The notes under the pieces were generated by a model that had not been told where the DNA came from, searched no databases, and saw nothing but the letters and a program-made list of their open reading frames with translations. DNA of 64,000 bases from Bacillota bacterium (GTDB lineage Bacteria > Bacillota > Dethiobacteria > DTU022): contig JAHYJM010000003.1 in assembly GCA_019428945.1 (NCBI GenBank), positions 4,792 to 68,791 on the forward strand. Direction: 5' to 3'. Of the stretch, positions 13,489-25,260 are shown piece by piece (positions within the stretch are counted from its first letter, which is position 1; each line of letters opens with the position of its first letter). The position numbers and the translations under genes were made by a program.

Positions 13489-14115
13489 ATGCCTAAATTA
13501 TCTTTATACAATAGAGACGGTGATCAGGTTGAAGAGATCGATTTAAACGAAGGTCTTTTCGCTGCTCCCTTTAAGCAGGGGGCGCTTCACCAGACGGTTG
13601 TAACACAGGCGGCCAGGCGTAGGCTCGGTACTGCTTCAAGTAAAGACCGCAGTGAAGTGAGAGGCGGCGGAGCAAAACCATGGCCGCAAAAAGGAACAGG
13701 ACGCGCCCGTCACGGCAGCACACGTTCTCCGTTGTGGGCCGGCGGTGGTGTAACATTTGGCCCTCATCCGCGTGACTTTAACCCGAAGGTGCCGAAAAAA
13801 ATGCGTCGCGCAGCGCTTAAAACAGCTTTAAGCGATAAGGTAAACGAAGGCAAGCTGATATTAATTAATGAATATGCCATCGATACCCCGCAGACCAAAA
13901 AAATGGTTGCCCTGCTTGATAATCTGAAGATCAGCGGCGGTGCCCTGATAGTAATTGATCAGCCTGACTTGAATATCATCAAAGCCGCACGTAATCTGCC
14001 CAGGGTCAAGACTGTTTTGGCCAGGCAGTTAAATGTGCTTGATATTCTTACTTATAACTACCTGGTAATGAATAAAGCAGCGCTGCAGCAGGTTGAGGAG
14101 GTGTTCGGAGGATGA
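13489..14115 (+). CDS. rplD: 50S ribosomal protein L4
   Basis: 208 aa; position and similarity ([22 protein letters not shown]). Confidence 0.93.
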   Translation: MPKLSLYNRDGDQVEEIDLNEGLFAAPFKQGALHQTVVTQAARRRLGTASSKDRSEVRGGGAKPWPQKGTGRARHGSTRSPLWAGGGVTFGPHPRDFNPKVPKKMRRAALKTALSDKVNEGKLILINEYAIDTPQTKKMVALLDNLKISGGALIVIDQPDLNIIKAARNLPRVKTVLARQLNVLDILTYNYLVMNKAALQQVEEVFGG

Positions 14116-14405
14116 AAGATGCAAGAGACGTTATCATTCGTCCACTGATCAGTGAAAAATCTTCCGACCTGATGGAAGAGAACAAATATACCTTTGTCGT
14201 TTCCGGCAAAGCGAACAAAATTGAAATTAAGCGTGCTCTTGAAGAAATATTTGACGTCAAGGTAAAGGCAGTCAACACAGCCAACTTCAAGGGTAAAAGA
14301 AAGCGTCTGGGCCGTTACCCCATGGGTAAACAACCCAGCTGGAAAAAGGCTGTAATTACCCTGGCCGAAGGCAGCAAACCAATTGAGCTGTTTGAAAGCC
14401 GCTAG
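14112..14405 (+). CDS. rplW: 50S ribosomal protein L23
   Basis: 97 aa; overlaps the rplD stop (ATGA); [10 protein letters not shown]... signature. Confidence 0.92.
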   Translation: MKDARDVIIRPLISEKSSDLMEENKYTFVVSGKANKIEIKRALEEIFDVKVKAVNTANFKGKRKRLGRYPMGKQPSWKKAVITLAEGSKPIELFESR

Positions 14406-14424
14406 TAGAAGGAGGGAAATATAA

Positions 14425-15255
14425 ATGGCTGTTAAACGTTTTAAACCCACTTCACCGGGGCGGCGGTTTGCCACCGTATCAACGTTTGAAGAAATCACAA
14501 AAACAGAGCCCGAAAAGTCACTTCTGGCCCCACTTAGTAAAAAAGCCGGACGCAACTCTTACGGCAGGATCACTGTCCGTCACCAGGGTGGTGGGCATAA
14601 ACGCGCTTACCGTATAATTGATTTCAAGCGCAATAAAGATGATGTACCCGCTAAAGTTGCTGGTATTGAGTATGATCCTAACCGAACGGCAAATATAGCG
14701 CTGCTGCATTACACAGATGGAGAGAAACGCTACATACTTGCACCATTGGGTTTGCGCACCGGACAGACAGTAATTTCGGGCGATAAGGTTGAAGTAAGGC
14801 CGGGCAATGCAATGCCGCTTCGTTCAATTCCTGTTGGTACTTTTGTACACAACATCGAAATGAAACGCGGACATGGCGGGCAGCTGGCCCGTTCAGCCGG
14901 AACTGCAGCACAGCTTTCTGCCAAGGAAGGCGATCAGGCTTTCATTCGCCTGCCTTCAGGTGAAGTGCGATTGATACCGCTTGACTGTCGTGCAACCGTT
15001 GGACAGATTGGCAATATTGAACATGAAAACCTTACTATCGGGAAAGCCGGGCGTAGCCGCTGGCTGGGCCGGAGGCCGACAGTACGCGGTTCGGTTATGA
15101 ACCCCTGTGATCACCCGCATGGTGGCGGTGAGGGTAGAGCGCCGATCGGCTTGAAGCGGCCTGTAACCCCCTGGGGCAAACCGACCCTGGGTTACAAGAC
15201 CCGCAAGAAAAACAAGGATTCGGATAGGCTTATTGTCCGCCGCCGTAAGAAGTAG
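14425..15255 (+). CDS. rplB: 50S ribosomal protein L2
   Basis: 276 aa; [16 protein letters not shown] and [10 protein letters not shown] signatures. Confidence 0.95.
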   Translation: MAVKRFKPTSPGRRFATVSTFEEITKTEPEKSLLAPLSKKAGRNSYGRITVRHQGGGHKRAYRIIDFKRNKDDVPAKVAGIEYDPNRTANIALLHYTDGEKRYILAPLGLRTGQTVISGDKVEVRPGNAMPLRSIPVGTFVHNIEMKRGHGGQLARSAGTAAQLSAKEGDQAFIRLPSGEVRLIPLDCRATVGQIGNIEHENLTIGKAGRSRWLGRRPTVRGSVMNPCDHPHGGGEGRAPIGLKRPVTPWGKPTLGYKTRKKNKDSDRLIVRRRKK

Positions 15256-15327
15256 TCGGAAAACACGCCCGAAAACGCCTGGTGCGACGAGCGGTGTGGA
15301 TTCCGTCTGAAAGGGAGGTTATCTTAA

Positions 15328-15612
15328 TTGTCACGTTCACTGAAAAAGGGCCCCTATGTTGAGGGCAGCTTAATGAAAAAAATTGAGCAGATGAACGAAA
15401 AGGGAGACAAAAAGGTTATTAAAACCTGGTCCCGTCGTTCAACAATATTCCCTGATATGGTTGGCCACACCATAGCCGTTCATGACGGCCGCAGGCATGT
15501 GCCGATTTATATCAGCGAAGACATGGTTGGACATAAACTTGGAGAATTTGCTCCGACCCGAACCTTCAGGGGGCACGGGCACCATACCGAACGCTCTACC
15601 TCATTGAAATAG
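15328..15612 (+). CDS. rpsS: 30S ribosomal protein S19
   Basis: 94 aa; TTG start; [11 protein letters not shown]...[16 protein letters not shown]. Confidence 0.93.
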   Translation: MSRSLKKGPYVEGSLMKKIEQMNEKGDKKVIKTWSRRSTIFPDMVGHTIAVHDGRRHVPIYISEDMVGHKLGEFAPTRTFRGHGHHTERSTSLK

Positions 15613-15634
15613 GGCTTAAGGAGGCAGGATATTA

Positions 15635-15976
15635 ATGGAAGCAAGAGCACAGGCCCGCTACGTGCGTCTCGCGCCGCGTAAAGTTAGAGCTGTTGTCGAT
15701 CTTATTCGTAATAAAGATCTTGATGAAGCCATTAGCATACTTCGCTATACTCCGCGACGCGCCGCCGAAGTGGTTACTAAAGTGGTTAAGTCAGCGGCAG
15801 CTAATGCCGAGAATAACCTGGAGTTAAATCGCGGTTCACTTTACATTGACAAAGCTTATGTCGATGAAGGACCAACAATGAAAAGGGTTCAGCCGCGGGC
15901 CAGGGGAAGACGATTTCTGATTTTGAAAAGAACCAGCCATATAACGGTTGTAGTCAAAGAGAGAAAGGGGGTCTAG
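15635..15976 (+). CDS. rplV: 50S ribosomal protein L22
   Basis: 113 aa; [18 protein letters not shown]... Confidence 0.93.
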   Translation: MEARAQARYVRLAPRKVRAVVDLIRNKDLDEAISILRYTPRRAAEVVTKVVKSAAANAENNLELNRGSLYIDKAYVDEGPTMKRVQPRARGRRFLILKRTSHITVVVKERKGV

Positions 15977-15978
15977 TT

Positions 15979-16659
15979 GTGGGACAAAAAGTTAGCCCCA
16001 TCGGATTTCGAATCGGAGTAATCCGTGATTGGGATGCCCGCTGGTTTGCCAGTAAGAACTATAAAGATCTTTTACATGAAGATCTGCAAATCAGGGAGTA
16101 TGTCCAGAAAACTTTGCAGAGCGCTTCAGTATCGCGCATCGAAATTGAGCGGGCGGCGAATAACCTGAGGATTAATATTCATACAGCCAAGCCGGGCATG
16201 GTTATTGGTCGCGGCGGCGCTGGTGTTGAAGAGTTGCGTAAGAAGCTTGAAACAATGACTGATAAAAAAGTGCACTTAAATATCATTGAAATTAAGAAGC
16301 CTGAGCTCGATGCATTTCTTGTTGCTGAAAGTGTCGCATCTCAGCTTGAAAGACGGATTGCATTCAGAAGGGCAATGAAGCAGGCTGTTTTCCGTTCTAT
16401 GCGTAATGGAGCCAAGGGTATTAAAATTGCCTGCAGCGGCAGGCTTGGTGGCTCCGAGATGGCTCGTAATGAGAGTTATCACGAAGGAACTGTGCCCCTG
16501 CAAACACTACGCGCTGATATCGACTATGGTTTCACAGAAGCAAAAACAACCTATGGTCGTATCGGAGTAAAAGTATGGATTTACAAAGGAGAGATTTTGC
16601 CCTCTAAGCCGGGCAAGAAAAAGCCTGCGGAGGAGGTAGACGCCAATGTTAATGCCTAA
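15979..16659 (+). CDS. rpsC: 30S ribosomal protein S3
   Basis: 226 aa; GTG start; [18 protein letters not shown] and KH-domain motifs. Confidence 0.93.
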   Translation: MGQKVSPIGFRIGVIRDWDARWFASKNYKDLLHEDLQIREYVQKTLQSASVSRIEIERAANNLRINIHTAKPGMVIGRGGAGVEELRKKLETMTDKKVHLNIIEIKKPELDAFLVAESVASQLERRIAFRRAMKQAVFRSMRNGAKGIKIACSGRLGGSEMARNESYHEGTVPLQTLRADIDYGFTEAKTTYGRIGVKVWIYKGEILPSKPGKKKPAEEVDANVNA

Positions 16660-17074
16660 GCGGGTTAAATTCCGCCGTCAGCACCGTGGTCGTATGAAAG
16701 GTAAGGCCAAGGGCGGCACCGTAGTTCAGTTTGGCGAATACGGAATGCAGGCCCTCGAGCCCACCTGGATCAGCAGTCAGCAGATCGAAGCGGCCCGTAT
16801 TGCAATGACAAGATTTATCAAGAGGGGTGGAAAAGTATGGATTCGCATCTTTCCTGATAAACCTGTCACAGAGAAACCGGCTGAAACCCGAATGGGTAAA
16901 GGTAAAGGTTCACCCGAATATTGGGTAGCCGTTGTTAAGCCGGGTAGAATTATGTTCGAACTGGCCGGAGTCAGCGAAGAAATTGCCAAAGAGGCAATGC
17001 GCCTTGCGGCGAATAAACTGCCGATTAAGACCAAGTTTGTGAAAAGAACCGAATCAGGTGGTGTATCCGAATGA
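16646..17074 (+). CDS. rplP: 50S ribosomal protein L16
   Basis: 142 aa; [19 protein letters not shown]...; overlaps the rpsC end. Confidence 0.93.
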   Translation: MLMPKRVKFRRQHRGRMKGKAKGGTVVQFGEYGMQALEPTWISSQQIEAARIAMTRFIKRGGKVWIRIFPDKPVTEKPAETRMGKGKGSPEYWVAVVKPGRIMFELAGVSEEIAKEAMRLAANKLPIKTKFVKRTESGGVSE

Positions 17075-17262
17075 AAGTAAAAGACGTACGCGAATTTAAT
17101 GAACAGGAATTGGAAGAAAAAGTTAAAGAGCTGAAGGAAGAGCTTTTTAATCTACGATTCCAGGAAGCCACCGGTCAGTTGGAAAACTATATGCGTATTA
17201 AAGAGGTCCGCCGTAGTATTGCCCGGGTTAAAACCGTGCTCAGGGAACGGGCCCTAAGCTGA
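17071..17262 (+). CDS. rpmC: 50S ribosomal protein L29
   Basis: 63 aa; ...[13 protein letters not shown]...; ATGA overlap with rplP. Confidence 0.9.
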   Translation: MKVKDVREFNEQELEEKVKELKEELFNLRFQEATGQLENYMRIKEVRRSIARVKTVLRERALS

Positions 17263-17290
17263 GCTTGAATAGGAAGGGAGGCCCATCGAT

Positions 17291-17548
17291 TTGGAAACTG
17301 TAAATCGTAAAGTTCGCAGCGGCCGGGTTGTAAGCGATAAAATGGATAAAACAAGGGTAGCTTTGGTTGAAAGAACCACTCGTCATCCATTATACGGCAA
17401 GATCATCCGCCGGTCGAAAAAGTACAAATTTCATGATGAAACAAACGAATCCCGAGTAGGCGATGTAGTGAAGATCATGGAAACCAGGCCGTTAAGTAAG
17501 GATAAAAGATGGCGCCTGGTGGAAATCGTTCAGAGATCGAAGCTGTAG
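17291..17548 (+). CDS. rpsQ: 30S ribosomal protein S17
   Basis: 85 aa; TTG start after GGAAGGGAGG; [16 protein letters not shown]... Confidence 0.9.
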   Translation: METVNRKVRSGRVVSDKMDKTRVALVERTTRHPLYGKIIRRSKKYKFHDETNESRVGDVVKIMETRPLSKDKRWRLVEIVQRSKL

Positions 17549-17602
17549 GCAGATTCTCCTTCCGGATAGCCTGCCGGTTGGAGAATGAAAGGAGAGGCAA
17601 CG

Positions 17603-17971
17603 ATGATTCAAAGCGAAACAATCTTAAATGTAGCCGATAACTCGGGAGCGAAAAAGGTCCTATGCATCAGGGTCCTTGGAGGATCGAAGCGTAAGTCAGG
17701 CCATATAGGCGATGTAATTGTTGCTTCGGTTAAAGAGGCTACCCCGGGTGGAGTTGTAAAAAAAGGCGAAGTGGTCAGGGCTGTAATCGTGCGGACAAGA
17801 AGCCGGCTTAACCGTAGGGATGGCTCTCATATTCACTTTGATGAGAATGCTGCAGTTATTATTAATGAACAGAATAATCCGCGGGGGACCCGTATTTTTG
17901 GCCCTGTCGCCCGTGAGCTGAGGGAAAAAGAGTTCATGAAGATAGTCTCCCTCGCCCCGGAAGTGATTTAA
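17603..17971 (+). CDS. rplN: 50S ribosomal protein L14
   Basis: [18 protein letters not shown]... The ATG at 17603 lies 5 nt after AAAGGAGAG; the ORF-track start at 17585 is probably an over-extension. Confidence 0.9.
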   Translation: MIQSETILNVADNSGAKKVLCIRVLGGSKRKSGHIGDVIVASVKEATPGGVVKKGEVVRAVIVRTRSRLNRRDGSHIHFDENAAVIINEQNNPRGTRIFGPVARELREKEFMKIVSLAPEVI

Positions 17972-18000
17972 TTGTTCATTCTGGAGGTGGCAAAAAACCG

Positions 18001-18330
18001 GTGGAAGTAAAAAAGATGTCTGTTCGCCGGGGAGATAAGGTATTGGTTCTCTCCGGGAAAGATAAAGGTAAAAAAGGTAAAGTGATCGCCACTTTCCCCC
18101 GCCTAGGCCGGGTAAAGGTTGAAGGAGTCAACATAATTAAGAAGCATGCCAAGCCGACCCGAAAAGTTCCCCAGGGGGGAATCAGGGAGATGGAAGCGGC
18201 GTTTCCGGCGTCTAAAGTAATGGTTCTCTGCCCGGCTTGCAGTAAACCAACCCGGGTAGCTAAAAATGTTCTTCCTGATGAGCGCCGGGTTCGAATTTGT
18301 CGGAAATGCGGCGAATCGCTGGATAAGTAA
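18001..18330 (+). CDS. rplX: 50S ribosomal protein L24
   Basis: KOW motif VRRGDKVLVLSGKDKGKKG. GTG at 18001 follows GGAGGTG; an alternative ATG at 18016 cannot be excluded. Confidence 0.88.
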   Translation: MEVKKMSVRRGDKVLVLSGKDKGKKGKVIATFPRLGRVKVEGVNIIKKHAKPTRKVPQGGIREMEAAFPASKVMVLCPACSKPTRVAKNVLPDERRVRICRKCGESLDK

Positions 18331-18349
18331 GGAGGGTTAAAGCACTAAG

Positions 18350-18892
18350 ATGTCACGAATGAAACTGAAATACCTTGAAGAAGTGAGGCCCGCCCTTGTG
18401 AAGCGGTTTTCCTACAGCAATGTTATGCAGGCACCGCGGATAGAAAAAGTAGTAATTAACATGGGTTTGGGCGAAGGAAAAGAAAACCCGAAAATACTGG
18501 ATGCAGCGGTTAACGATCTCTCGATTATAACCGGTCAAAAGCCGATTATAACCAGGGCGCGTCGGTCAGTTGCCAGTTTTAAGGTTCGTGAAGGAATGCC
18601 GATTGGCTGTAAACTGACTCTGCGCGGAATCCGCATGTATGACTTTCTGGACAAGTTTTTTAATATTGCACTTCCCAGAGTCCGGGATTTCCGGGGCATC
18701 TCGCCGCATTCTTTTGACGGGCGGGGTAACTTTACCATTGGCATTAAAGAACAGTTGATTTTTCCCGAAATCGAATACAGTCAAGTGGAACGGGTTCTCG
18801 GCATGGACATTACAATAGTAACCAGTGCCGAGACTGACGAAGAAGCACGCGAACTTCTCACATTGATGGGGCTGCCTTTCAAGGCTGCCTAA
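18350..18892 (+). CDS. rplE: 50S ribosomal protein L5
   Basis: 180 aa; ...[28 protein letters not shown]... Confidence 0.93.
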   Translation: MSRMKLKYLEEVRPALVKRFSYSNVMQAPRIEKVVINMGLGEGKENPKILDAAVNDLSIITGQKPIITRARRSVASFKVREGMPIGCKLTLRGIRMYDFLDKFFNIALPRVRDFRGISPHSFDGRGNFTIGIKEQLIFPEIEYSQVERVLGMDITIVTSAETDEEARELLTLMGLPFKAA

Positions 18893-18928
18893 AGAAGAAG
18901 CTTTCGCGGAAGTATAAGGAGGAAAAGG

Positions 18929-19114
18929 ATGGCCAAGAAATCATTAATTGCCAAGGCCAAGAGAGAGCCCAAGTTTGCGGTTCGCGGTTACAACCGGTGC
19001 CACATTTGCGGCCGCCCCAGGGCTTATTTACGTAAATTCGGCCTGTGCCGCCTTTGCTTTCGTCATCTGGCCAACGAGGGAAAAATACCGGGAGTTAAAA
19101 AAGCCAGCTGGTAG
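18929..19114 (+). CDS. rpsN: 30S ribosomal protein S14 type Z (zinc-binding)
   Basis: 61 aa with the CxxC...CxxC motif [20 protein letters not shown]. Confidence 0.92.
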   Translation: MAKKSLIAKAKREPKFAVRGYNRCHICGRPRAYLRKFGLCRLCFRHLANEGKIPGVKKASW

Positions 19115-19143
19115 GATGATGAAAGAATGAGAGGAGGTTGTGA

Positions 19144-19545
19144 TTGCCAATGATGACAGATCCGATTGCCGATATGCTGACACGTGTGCGTAATGCTAAC
19201 ATTGTACGGCATAAAACTGTGGAAATCCCTGCTTCGAATGTGAAGCGCTCGATTGCGGCGATCATGAAGCAGGAAGGTTTCATCAGGGATTACGAGTATA
19301 TCAAGGATACGAAACAGGGCATATTGCGTGTTCATCTGAAATATGGACCGAACCAGGAAAGAATCATCAGCGGTCTGAAGAGGATCAGCAAACCAGGGTT
19401 AAGGGTTTATGTTAAGAAAGATGAACTGCCTAAAGTTTTGGGAGGGCTCGGAATAGCTGTTATTTCCACCTCACAGGGCTTAATGAGTGATCGCCAGGCC
19501 CGGGAAACCGGCAAAGGCGGCGAAGTTTTATGCTATATCTGGTAG
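19144..19545 (+). CDS. rpsH: 30S ribosomal protein S8
   Basis: [15 protein letters not shown]...; TTG at 19144, 6 nt after GAGGAGG (ATG at 19150 is an alternative). Confidence 0.92.
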   Translation: MPMMTDPIADMLTRVRNANIVRHKTVEIPASNVKRSIAAIMKQEGFIRDYEYIKDTKQGILRVHLKYGPNQERIISGLKRISKPGLRVYVKKDELPKVLGGLGIAVISTSQGLMSDRQARETGKGGEVLCYIW

Positions 19546-19565
19546 CATAGCGAGGAGGTTTACCG

Positions 19566-20102
19566 ATGTCTCGAACCGGTAAAAAGCCCGTCGTTGTACC
19601 TGAAAATGTAGAGGTACAGCTTGACGGAAGTTATATCACGGTTAAAGGTCCCAAGGGCGAGCTTTCCCAGGAACTGCCCGGGGAAATGATTATTGAGCGG
19701 GAAGAAGATAAAATTCTGGTAAAACGGCCTACTGACAGCCCTCAGCATAGGGCGCTGCACGGCTTGACCAGGACGCTTATCGACAACATGGTTGTTGGCG
19801 TAACCGAAGGTTACAGCCGAAATCTCGAACTGGTTGGTGTCGGTTACAAGGCGGCACTTCAGGGGAAGAAGCTGGTTCTTAATATCGGGTTTTCCCACCC
19901 TGTTGAATTCGATCCGGATGAAAACATGGAGATCGAAGTGCCAAGCCCCACTAAAATAACAGTCAGGGGTATCGATAAGCAAAAAGTTGGTAATCTTGCT
20001 GCAGTTATACGCAGGACATACCCGCCTGAACCCTACAAAGGCAAGGGCATACGTTATGAAAATGAAACTGTCCGTCAGAAAGTCGGTAAAGCGGGCAAAT
20101 AA
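19566..20102 (+). CDS. rplF: 50S ribosomal protein L6
   Basis: 178 aa; [17 protein letters not shown]... Confidence 0.93.
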   Translation: MSRTGKKPVVVPENVEVQLDGSYITVKGPKGELSQELPGEMIIEREEDKILVKRPTDSPQHRALHGLTRTLIDNMVVGVTEGYSRNLELVGVGYKAALQGKKLVLNIGFSHPVEFDPDENMEIEVPSPTKITVRGIDKQKVGNLAAVIRRTYPPEPYKGKGIRYENETVRQKVGKAGK

Positions 20103-20122
20103 CCGCCTGGAGGTGTAAAATA

Positions 20123-20491
20123 GTGCTTAAGGCAAAATCACGTTTGATCAGCCGGAAGCGGCGTCACCGCAGAGTGAGAGTTAAGATCAGCGGCACGCCG
20201 GAAAGACCCCGGTTAAATGTTTTCCGCAGCAGCAAACATATATATGCCCAGGTGATCAACGATTATACTGGTGAGACCCTGGTTGCAGCCTCCAGCCGGG
20301 ATCCTGAGCTGCGCAATGAACTGCCTCATGGCGGAAACAAGGAAGCAGCCCGCAAAGTAGGGGCTCTACTTGCCCGCAAAGCAGTTGATAAAGGCATAGA
20401 AGATGTTGTATTTGATCGGGGCGGTTATCTATATCACGGCCGTGTCAAAGAGCTGGCCGAAGGAGCCCGTGAAGGCGGGTTAAACTTCTAG
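20123..20491 (+). CDS. rplR: 50S ribosomal protein L18
   Basis: 122 aa; GTG start; [18 protein letters not shown]... Confidence 0.92.
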   Translation: MLKAKSRLISRKRRHRRVRVKISGTPERPRLNVFRSSKHIYAQVINDYTGETLVAASSRDPELRNELPHGGNKEAARKVGALLARKAVDKGIEDVVFDRGGYLYHGRVKELAEGAREGGLNF

Positions 20492-20500
20492 AAAGGGGGA

Positions 20501-21007
20501 ATGGCAGGGGTGTCAAAGATCGAACCATCACAAGAATTAATTGAAAAAGTAGTTAAAGTCAACCGTGTGGCCAAGGTCGTTAAAGGCGGACGCCGTTTCA
20601 GCTTCAGCGCCCTGGTTGTTGTTGGAGATCAGAATGGTGTTGTCGGGGCCGGGATGGGCAAGGCCGGTGAAGTGCCGGAAGCGATCCGCAAAGGCATCGA
20701 AGACGCGAAAAAGAACCTGATCCGCGTTCCCATGGTTGGAACAACCATAACCCATCCGGTTACAGGACGCTTCGGAGCTGGCAGGGTATTGCTCAAGCCT
20801 GCTTCAGAAGGTACCGGTGTAATTGCCGGTGGGCCTGTACGTGCGGTTTTAGAACTGGCTGGAGTAAGGGATATCCTCACCAAATCTCTCGGCTCTTCCA
20901 ACGCGATCAATATAGTAAGCGCAACAATAGAAGGTTTAAAGTCGCTCAAGAGGGCTGAAGAGGTAAGCAAAATGCGTGGTATTGAAGTAGAGAAGCTGCT
21001 TGGTTAA
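20501..21007 (+). CDS. rpsE: 30S ribosomal protein S5
   Basis: 168 aa; [26 protein letters not shown]... Confidence 0.93.
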   Translation: MAGVSKIEPSQELIEKVVKVNRVAKVVKGGRRFSFSALVVVGDQNGVVGAGMGKAGEVPEAIRKGIEDAKKNLIRVPMVGTTITHPVTGRFGAGRVLLKPASEGTGVIAGGPVRAVLELAGVRDILTKSLGSSNAINIVSATIEGLKSLKRAEEVSKMRGIEVEKLLG

Positions 21008-21022
21008 GGAGAGTTATAAGTT

Positions 21023-21208
21023 ATGGCAAAGAAAAAAATCGAAATCACCCTGGTTCGCAGTCCGCTGGCTTGTAAACCGAACCACCGTCGTACTGTAAAG
21101 GCACTCGGTTTGAGGAAGATTGGCCAGAGTGTTACTCATGATGATACAGATGTAATCAGGGGTATGATCAATACAGTTAATTATCTGATTAATGTCGAAG
21201 AAAGCTAG
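21023..21208 (+). CDS. rpmD: 50S ribosomal protein L30
   Basis: 61 aa; MAKKKIEITLVRSPLACKPNHRRTVKALGLRKIGQSV. Confidence 0.9.
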   Translation: MAKKKIEITLVRSPLACKPNHRRTVKALGLRKIGQSVTHDDTDVIRGMINTVNYLINVEES

Positions 21209-21243
21209 TGATTCAAGTAGCGGCATAGAGGGAGGTGTAGCCA

Positions 21244-21684
21244 ATGCGTTTACACGAATTAAGGCCTCCTGAGGGAGCCAGGAAAGCGGCTAAACGTAAA
21301 GGAAGAGGAATGTCCTCAGGGCTGGGTAAAACATCCGGTCGCGGACAAAAAGGACAGAAATCCCGTTCGGGTTCCGGTATCCGCCGTGGCTTTGAAGGCG
21401 GGCAGATGCCATATTTTCAGCGTTTGCCAAAGCGCGGATTTACCAATATATTTAAACAAAAATGGAACATCGTTAATGTGAGCGACCTGAACGTATTTGA
21501 TGAAGGAACTGCGGTCACACCGGAAAAGCTTGTTGAAGCAGGTCTGATCAGGAATTTGCGCGATCCGCTCAAAGTACTCGGAAACGGTGAGATCGATCGA
21601 AAACTTGAAATTCAGGCAAATCGTTTCAGCAAGCAGGCACAGGAAAAAATTGAAGCAGCCGGCGGGAAGGCAGAGGTGATTTAA
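21244..21684 (+). CDS. rplO: 50S ribosomal protein L15
   Basis: 146 aa; [22 protein letters not shown]... Confidence 0.92.
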   Translation: MRLHELRPPEGARKAAKRKGRGMSSGLGKTSGRGQKGQKSRSGSGIRRGFEGGQMPYFQRLPKRGFTNIFKQKWNIVNVSDLNVFDEGTAVTPEKLVEAGLIRNLRDPLKVLGNGEIDRKLEIQANRFSKQAQEKIEAAGGKAEVI

Positions 21685-21685
21685 A

Positions 21686-22942
21686 TTGCTGGAAACAATT
21701 CGTACTGCATGGCGGATAAAAGAGCTCAGACAACGAATACTCTTTACTCTGGCCATGTTTGTGGTCTTCCGGGTTGGTTCTGCTATCCCGGTTCCGGGCG
21801 TGGATGCATCTCTGCTGGCTGAGTTTTTCCAGCAGGATACTATATTCGGCTTTGTCAACATTATTGGTGGCGGGAACCTGGAGAATTTCACCATATTCGC
21901 TCTGGGCATTATGCCTTACATTAATGCTTCAATTATAATGAACCTGTTGACAATAGTAATACCAAAGTTAAAAGAGTGGAGCCAGGAAGGACCTGAAGGC
22001 CGTAAAAAGATATCACAGATTACCCGATATGGCACCATCGTTATTGCTGTAATACAAGCCCTTGGTCTTTCCACACTGATTGCTGGTGAAGCAGTTATAG
22101 ACAGAACAACACTGTCCTACATTACTATTGTCATCTCAATGACAGCCGGAACCGCTTTTCTGATGTGGATGGGTGAACTGATCACTGAAAAAGGTATCGG
22201 TAACGGTATATCACTAATTATTTTTGCCGGTATTGTCGCCGGATTTCCGATTGGTGTGGCTATGGCGGCAGAGCAATATCGCTTTGGGCAAATCAACATG
22301 CTGATCATCGGCATAGTCGTCCTGGTTCTTCTTGGCCTGATTGTCGGTATTATCGCTCTTGATCAGGGACAGCGCAGAATCAACGTTCAGTACAGTAAGC
22401 GCGTGGTCGGACGTAAGATGTACGGCGGCCAGGCGACACACATCCCGATGAAAGTAAACCAGGCAGGGGTTATTCCGGTGATTTTTGCGTCAGTGCTTTT
22501 AAGCTTTCCACAAACATTGGTTAGCTTTATACAGCATCCGGTTGCGCAAAGAATTGCCGACATGCTTAGCTGGGGCAGCAATCTCAACCTGGTGTTATAT
22601 ATACTATTAATTATACTATTCACTTATTTCTATACCGCGGTGCAGTTTGATCCATTCCAGGTAGCGGGTAACATTAAGAAGTATGGCGGGTTTATTCCGG
22701 GGTTAAGACCCGGTCGCCCAACAGCCGACTATCTGGCCCGGGTAACTTCAAGACTAACAACAGCAGGCGCATTTTCACTTGCTTTTATTGCGGTATTTCC
22801 GATCTTGCTGGAAAGAGTGACCGGGATGAGTATAGTTTTTGGTGGCACCGGCCTGATTATTGTTGTCGGTGTTGTTCTTGAAACATTTAAGCAAATTGAA
22901 AGCCATATGCTGATGCGCAGCTACCGCGGCTTTATGAAGTAG
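21686..22942 (+). CDS. secY: preprotein translocase subunit SecY
   Basis: 418 aa, multi-pass membrane protein with SecY motifs (GIMPYINASII..., GTGLIIVVGVVLETFKQIESH). TTG start. Confidence 0.93.
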   Translation: MLETIRTAWRIKELRQRILFTLAMFVVFRVGSAIPVPGVDASLLAEFFQQDTIFGFVNIIGGGNLENFTIFALGIMPYINASIIMNLLTIVIPKLKEWSQEGPEGRKKISQITRYGTIVIAVIQALGLSTLIAGEAVIDRTTLSYITIVISMTAGTAFLMWMGELITEKGIGNGISLIIFAGIVAGFPIGVAMAAEQYRFGQINMLIIGIVVLVLLGLIVGIIALDQGQRRINVQYSKRVVGRKMYGGQATHIPMKVNQAGVIPVIFASVLLSFPQTLVSFIQHPVAQRIADMLSWGSNLNLVLYILLIILFTYFYTAVQFDPFQVAGNIKKYGGFIPGLRPGRPTADYLARVTSRLTTAGAFSLAFIAVFPILLERVTGMSIVFGGTGLIIVVGVVLETFKQIESHMLMRSYRGFMK

Positions 22943-22951
22943 TGAAATAGT

Positions 22952-23707
22952 ATGATCAAGCTTAAGTCAGTTCGGGAAATAAATTTGATGCGGGATGCCG
23001 GCAAAATTGTTGCAGAAGTTCTTGCGGAGATGGAAAAAGCGATTAGAGAAGGCGTAACCACCGCTATGCTTGACAAGATTGCTGAAAAAATAATCCGCAA
23101 AAACGGTGCGGAACCGGCTTTTCTCGGTTATCATAATTTCCCGGCTTCAATCTGCACTTCCATCAATAATGAGGTGGTGCATGGAATTCCCGGGTTGCGC
23201 AGGCTCAAAGAGGGCGATATAATCAGCATTGATGTAGGTACCCGGCTAAAAGGGTATTATGGAGATGCGGCGGCAACTTTTCACGTTGGCAAGATTTCAC
23301 CTGAAGCCCGGAAATTAATTGATGTAACCAGAACATCCCTGCAGAAAGCTATCGATACGATGCAGGTCGGAAAAAGGCTATCAGATCTATCTCATACTGT
23401 TCAGGTTTATGTTGAGCATAACCACTTATCGGTGGTTCGTAATTATGTAGGACACGGTATTGGACAGGAGATGCATGAAGAGCCACAGGTACCAAATTTT
23501 GGCCTGCCGGGACGCGGCCCCGTGATGCAGCAGGGAATAGTACTGGCCATTGAGCCGATGGTTAACATCGGCACCTGGGAAGTAAAAGTTCTTAATGACC
23601 AGTGGACAGTTGTAACTGCCGATGGAAGTCTGTCTGCTCATTTTGAGCACACAGTGGCGCTGGGCGATAACGGGCCCGAGGTACTGACCTCTTCTGACCC
23701 GAATTAA
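22952..23707 (+). CDS. map: type I methionine aminopeptidase
   Basis: 251 aa; metal-ligand pattern (HGIPG, IDVG, HGIGQEMHEEP, HFEHT). Follows secY directly with no adk in between. Confidence 0.92.
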   Translation: MIKLKSVREINLMRDAGKIVAEVLAEMEKAIREGVTTAMLDKIAEKIIRKNGAEPAFLGYHNFPASICTSINNEVVHGIPGLRRLKEGDIISIDVGTRLKGYYGDAAATFHVGKISPEARKLIDVTRTSLQKAIDTMQVGKRLSDLSHTVQVYVEHNHLSVVRNYVGHGIGQEMHEEPQVPNFGLPGRGPVMQQGIVLAIEPMVNIGTWEVKVLNDQWTVVTADGSLSAHFEHTVALGDNGPEVLTSSDPN

Positions 23708-23719
23708 GGGGGAGAAGCA

Positions 23720-24007
23720 ATGGTGGAACTTAAACCGGGACAACTGGTCCGTTCGTTGGCCGGCCGAGACAAAGGAAAGCATTACCTGGTTCTCCGGGAG
23801 CTCGATCAGAAGAACGTTCTCCTGGTTGACGGGCGCAGTCGGCCAATGAGCCGGCCGAAGAAAAAGAACAAAGCCCATCTTCAGCATTATGAACGCAGGG
23901 TAGAACTGGGCGAACCGCCCGAAGTCGAAAATGTCAGTGACAGCCATGTAATCAGAATTCTAAAAGATCTGATACCGGCAGGCGGGGTTTCTGAAGAGGA
24001 GGTTTAA
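23720..24007 (+). CDS. KOW-domain RNA-binding protein (ribosomal-cluster associated)
   Basis: 95 aa with a KOW-like [19 protein letters not shown] motif. Sits in the conserved position between map and infA, as in Clostridia. Confidence 0.7.
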   Translation: MVELKPGQLVRSLAGRDKGKHYLVLRELDQKNVLLVDGRSRPMSRPKKKNKAHLQHYERRVELGEPPEVENVSDSHVIRILKDLIPAGGVSEEEV

Positions 24008-24015
24008 CTGGTAAC

Positions 24016-24237
24016 ATGAGCAAAAAGAAAGATGTAGTAGAAGTAGAGGGCACAGTAGTTGAACCGCTGCCAAATGCCATGTTCCGGGTTGAGTTAAAGA
24101 ACGGGCACAAGGTTCTGGCTCATGTATCCGGCAAAATACGGATGAATTTTATTCGTATCCTGCCTGGCGACCGGGTTTTGGTTGAATTATCGCCTTACGA
24201 CCTGACTCGGGGGCGCATTACCTACCGTTACAAGTAA
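24016..24237 (+). CDS. infA: translation initiation factor IF-1
   Basis: 73 aa S1-like; [42 protein letters not shown]... Confidence 0.93.
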   Translation: MSKKKDVVEVEGTVVEPLPNAMFRVELKNGHKVLAHVSGKIRMNFIRILPGDRVLVELSPYDLTRGRITYRYK

Positions 24238-24251
24238 GGAGGTCTGTAATC

Positions 24252-24365
24252 ATGAAGGTGAGGCCTTCAGTAAAAAAAATGTGTGAGAAATGTAAGATAA
24301 TCCGGCGAAAGGGCAGGGTTGTGGTAATCTGTCAGAATCCAAAGCACAAACAGAGACAGGGTTAA
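24252..24365 (+). CDS. rpmJ: 50S ribosomal protein L36
   Basis: Found by hand translation: [37 protein letters not shown] (37 aa). The ORF track has a 60-aa cutoff and missed it. Classic L36 zinc-ribbon. Confidence 0.9.
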   Translation: MKVRPSVKKMCEKCKIIRRKGRVVVICQNPKHKQRQG

Positions 24366-24432
24366 CCGCTAACCGGAGCTCAAGCCGATCCTTATCTTTT
24401 TTAAGGATTAACTTAAAGGAGGTGCTAATCGA

Positions 24433-24804
24433 TTGGCCAGAATCGCAGGTGTAGACTTACCGCGTGACAAGAGAGTCGAGGTTGCGCTGAGTTATATTTA
24501 TGGAATAGGCAGAAGCCGGGCGATAGAGATCCTTTCGCATACAGGGGTCAGCCCTGAAACCAGGGTAAAAGACCTTACTGAAGATGAACTCGGCAGATTG
24601 CGTGAATTTGTTGACAAAAATTATAATGTAGAAGGCGATTTACGCCGGGAGGTTGCTTTAAATATCAAGCGCCTGGTGGAAATCGGCTGTTACCGTGGTA
24701 TCAGGCACCGGCGCGGAATGCCTGTACGGGGGCAGAAAACTAAAAATAATGCCCGTACCCGTAAAGGCCCCCGCAAAACTGTCGGTATTCGCCGTAAAAC
24801 TTAG
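24433..24804 (+). CDS. rpsM: 30S ribosomal protein S13
   Basis: 123 aa; TTG start; [26 protein letters not shown]... Confidence 0.93.
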   Translation: MARIAGVDLPRDKRVEVALSYIYGIGRSRAIEILSHTGVSPETRVKDLTEDELGRLREFVDKNYNVEGDLRREVALNIKRLVEIGCYRGIRHRRGMPVRGQKTKNNARTRKGPRKTVGIRRKT

Positions 24805-24835
24805 GATCCATGGAGAAGGGAGGAAGTAACTAAAA

Positions 24836-25228
24836 TTGGTCAAGAAAAAAGTTACCCGCACCAAACGTCGTGAAAGAAAGAATATTGAGCGCGGGGTTGC
24901 ACATATTAAATCGACCTTCAACAATACTTTTATTAGTATAACTGATGTTGACGGCAATGCCATTTCATGGTCAAGCGCCGGCAACGTTGGTTACAAAGGA
25001 TCCCGTAAATCCACTCCATTTGCCGCTCAGCTTGCTGCTGAAGCAGCAGCGAAGGTAGCAATGGAGCATGGCATGAGACAGGTGGAAGTATTTGTAAAAG
25101 GACCGGGCGCCGGTCGTGAAGCGGCAATCCGCTCACTGCAGGCAGCAGGCCTTGAGGTCAACGCAATCAGAGATGTAACTCCAATTCCGCATAATGGATG
25201 CCGCCCACCAAAGAGGCGGAGAGTATAA
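24836..25228 (+). CDS. rpsK: 30S ribosomal protein S11
   Basis: 130 aa; TTG start; ...[39 protein letters not shown]... Confidence 0.93.
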   Translation: MVKKKVTRTKRRERKNIERGVAHIKSTFNNTFISITDVDGNAISWSSAGNVGYKGSRKSTPFAAQLAAEAAAKVAMEHGMRQVEVFVKGPGAGREAAIRSLQAAGLEVNAIRDVTPIPHNGCRPPKRRRV

Positions 25229-25260
25229 TTTATTTAGAAGGAGGTGTAACATAAGCTAAT

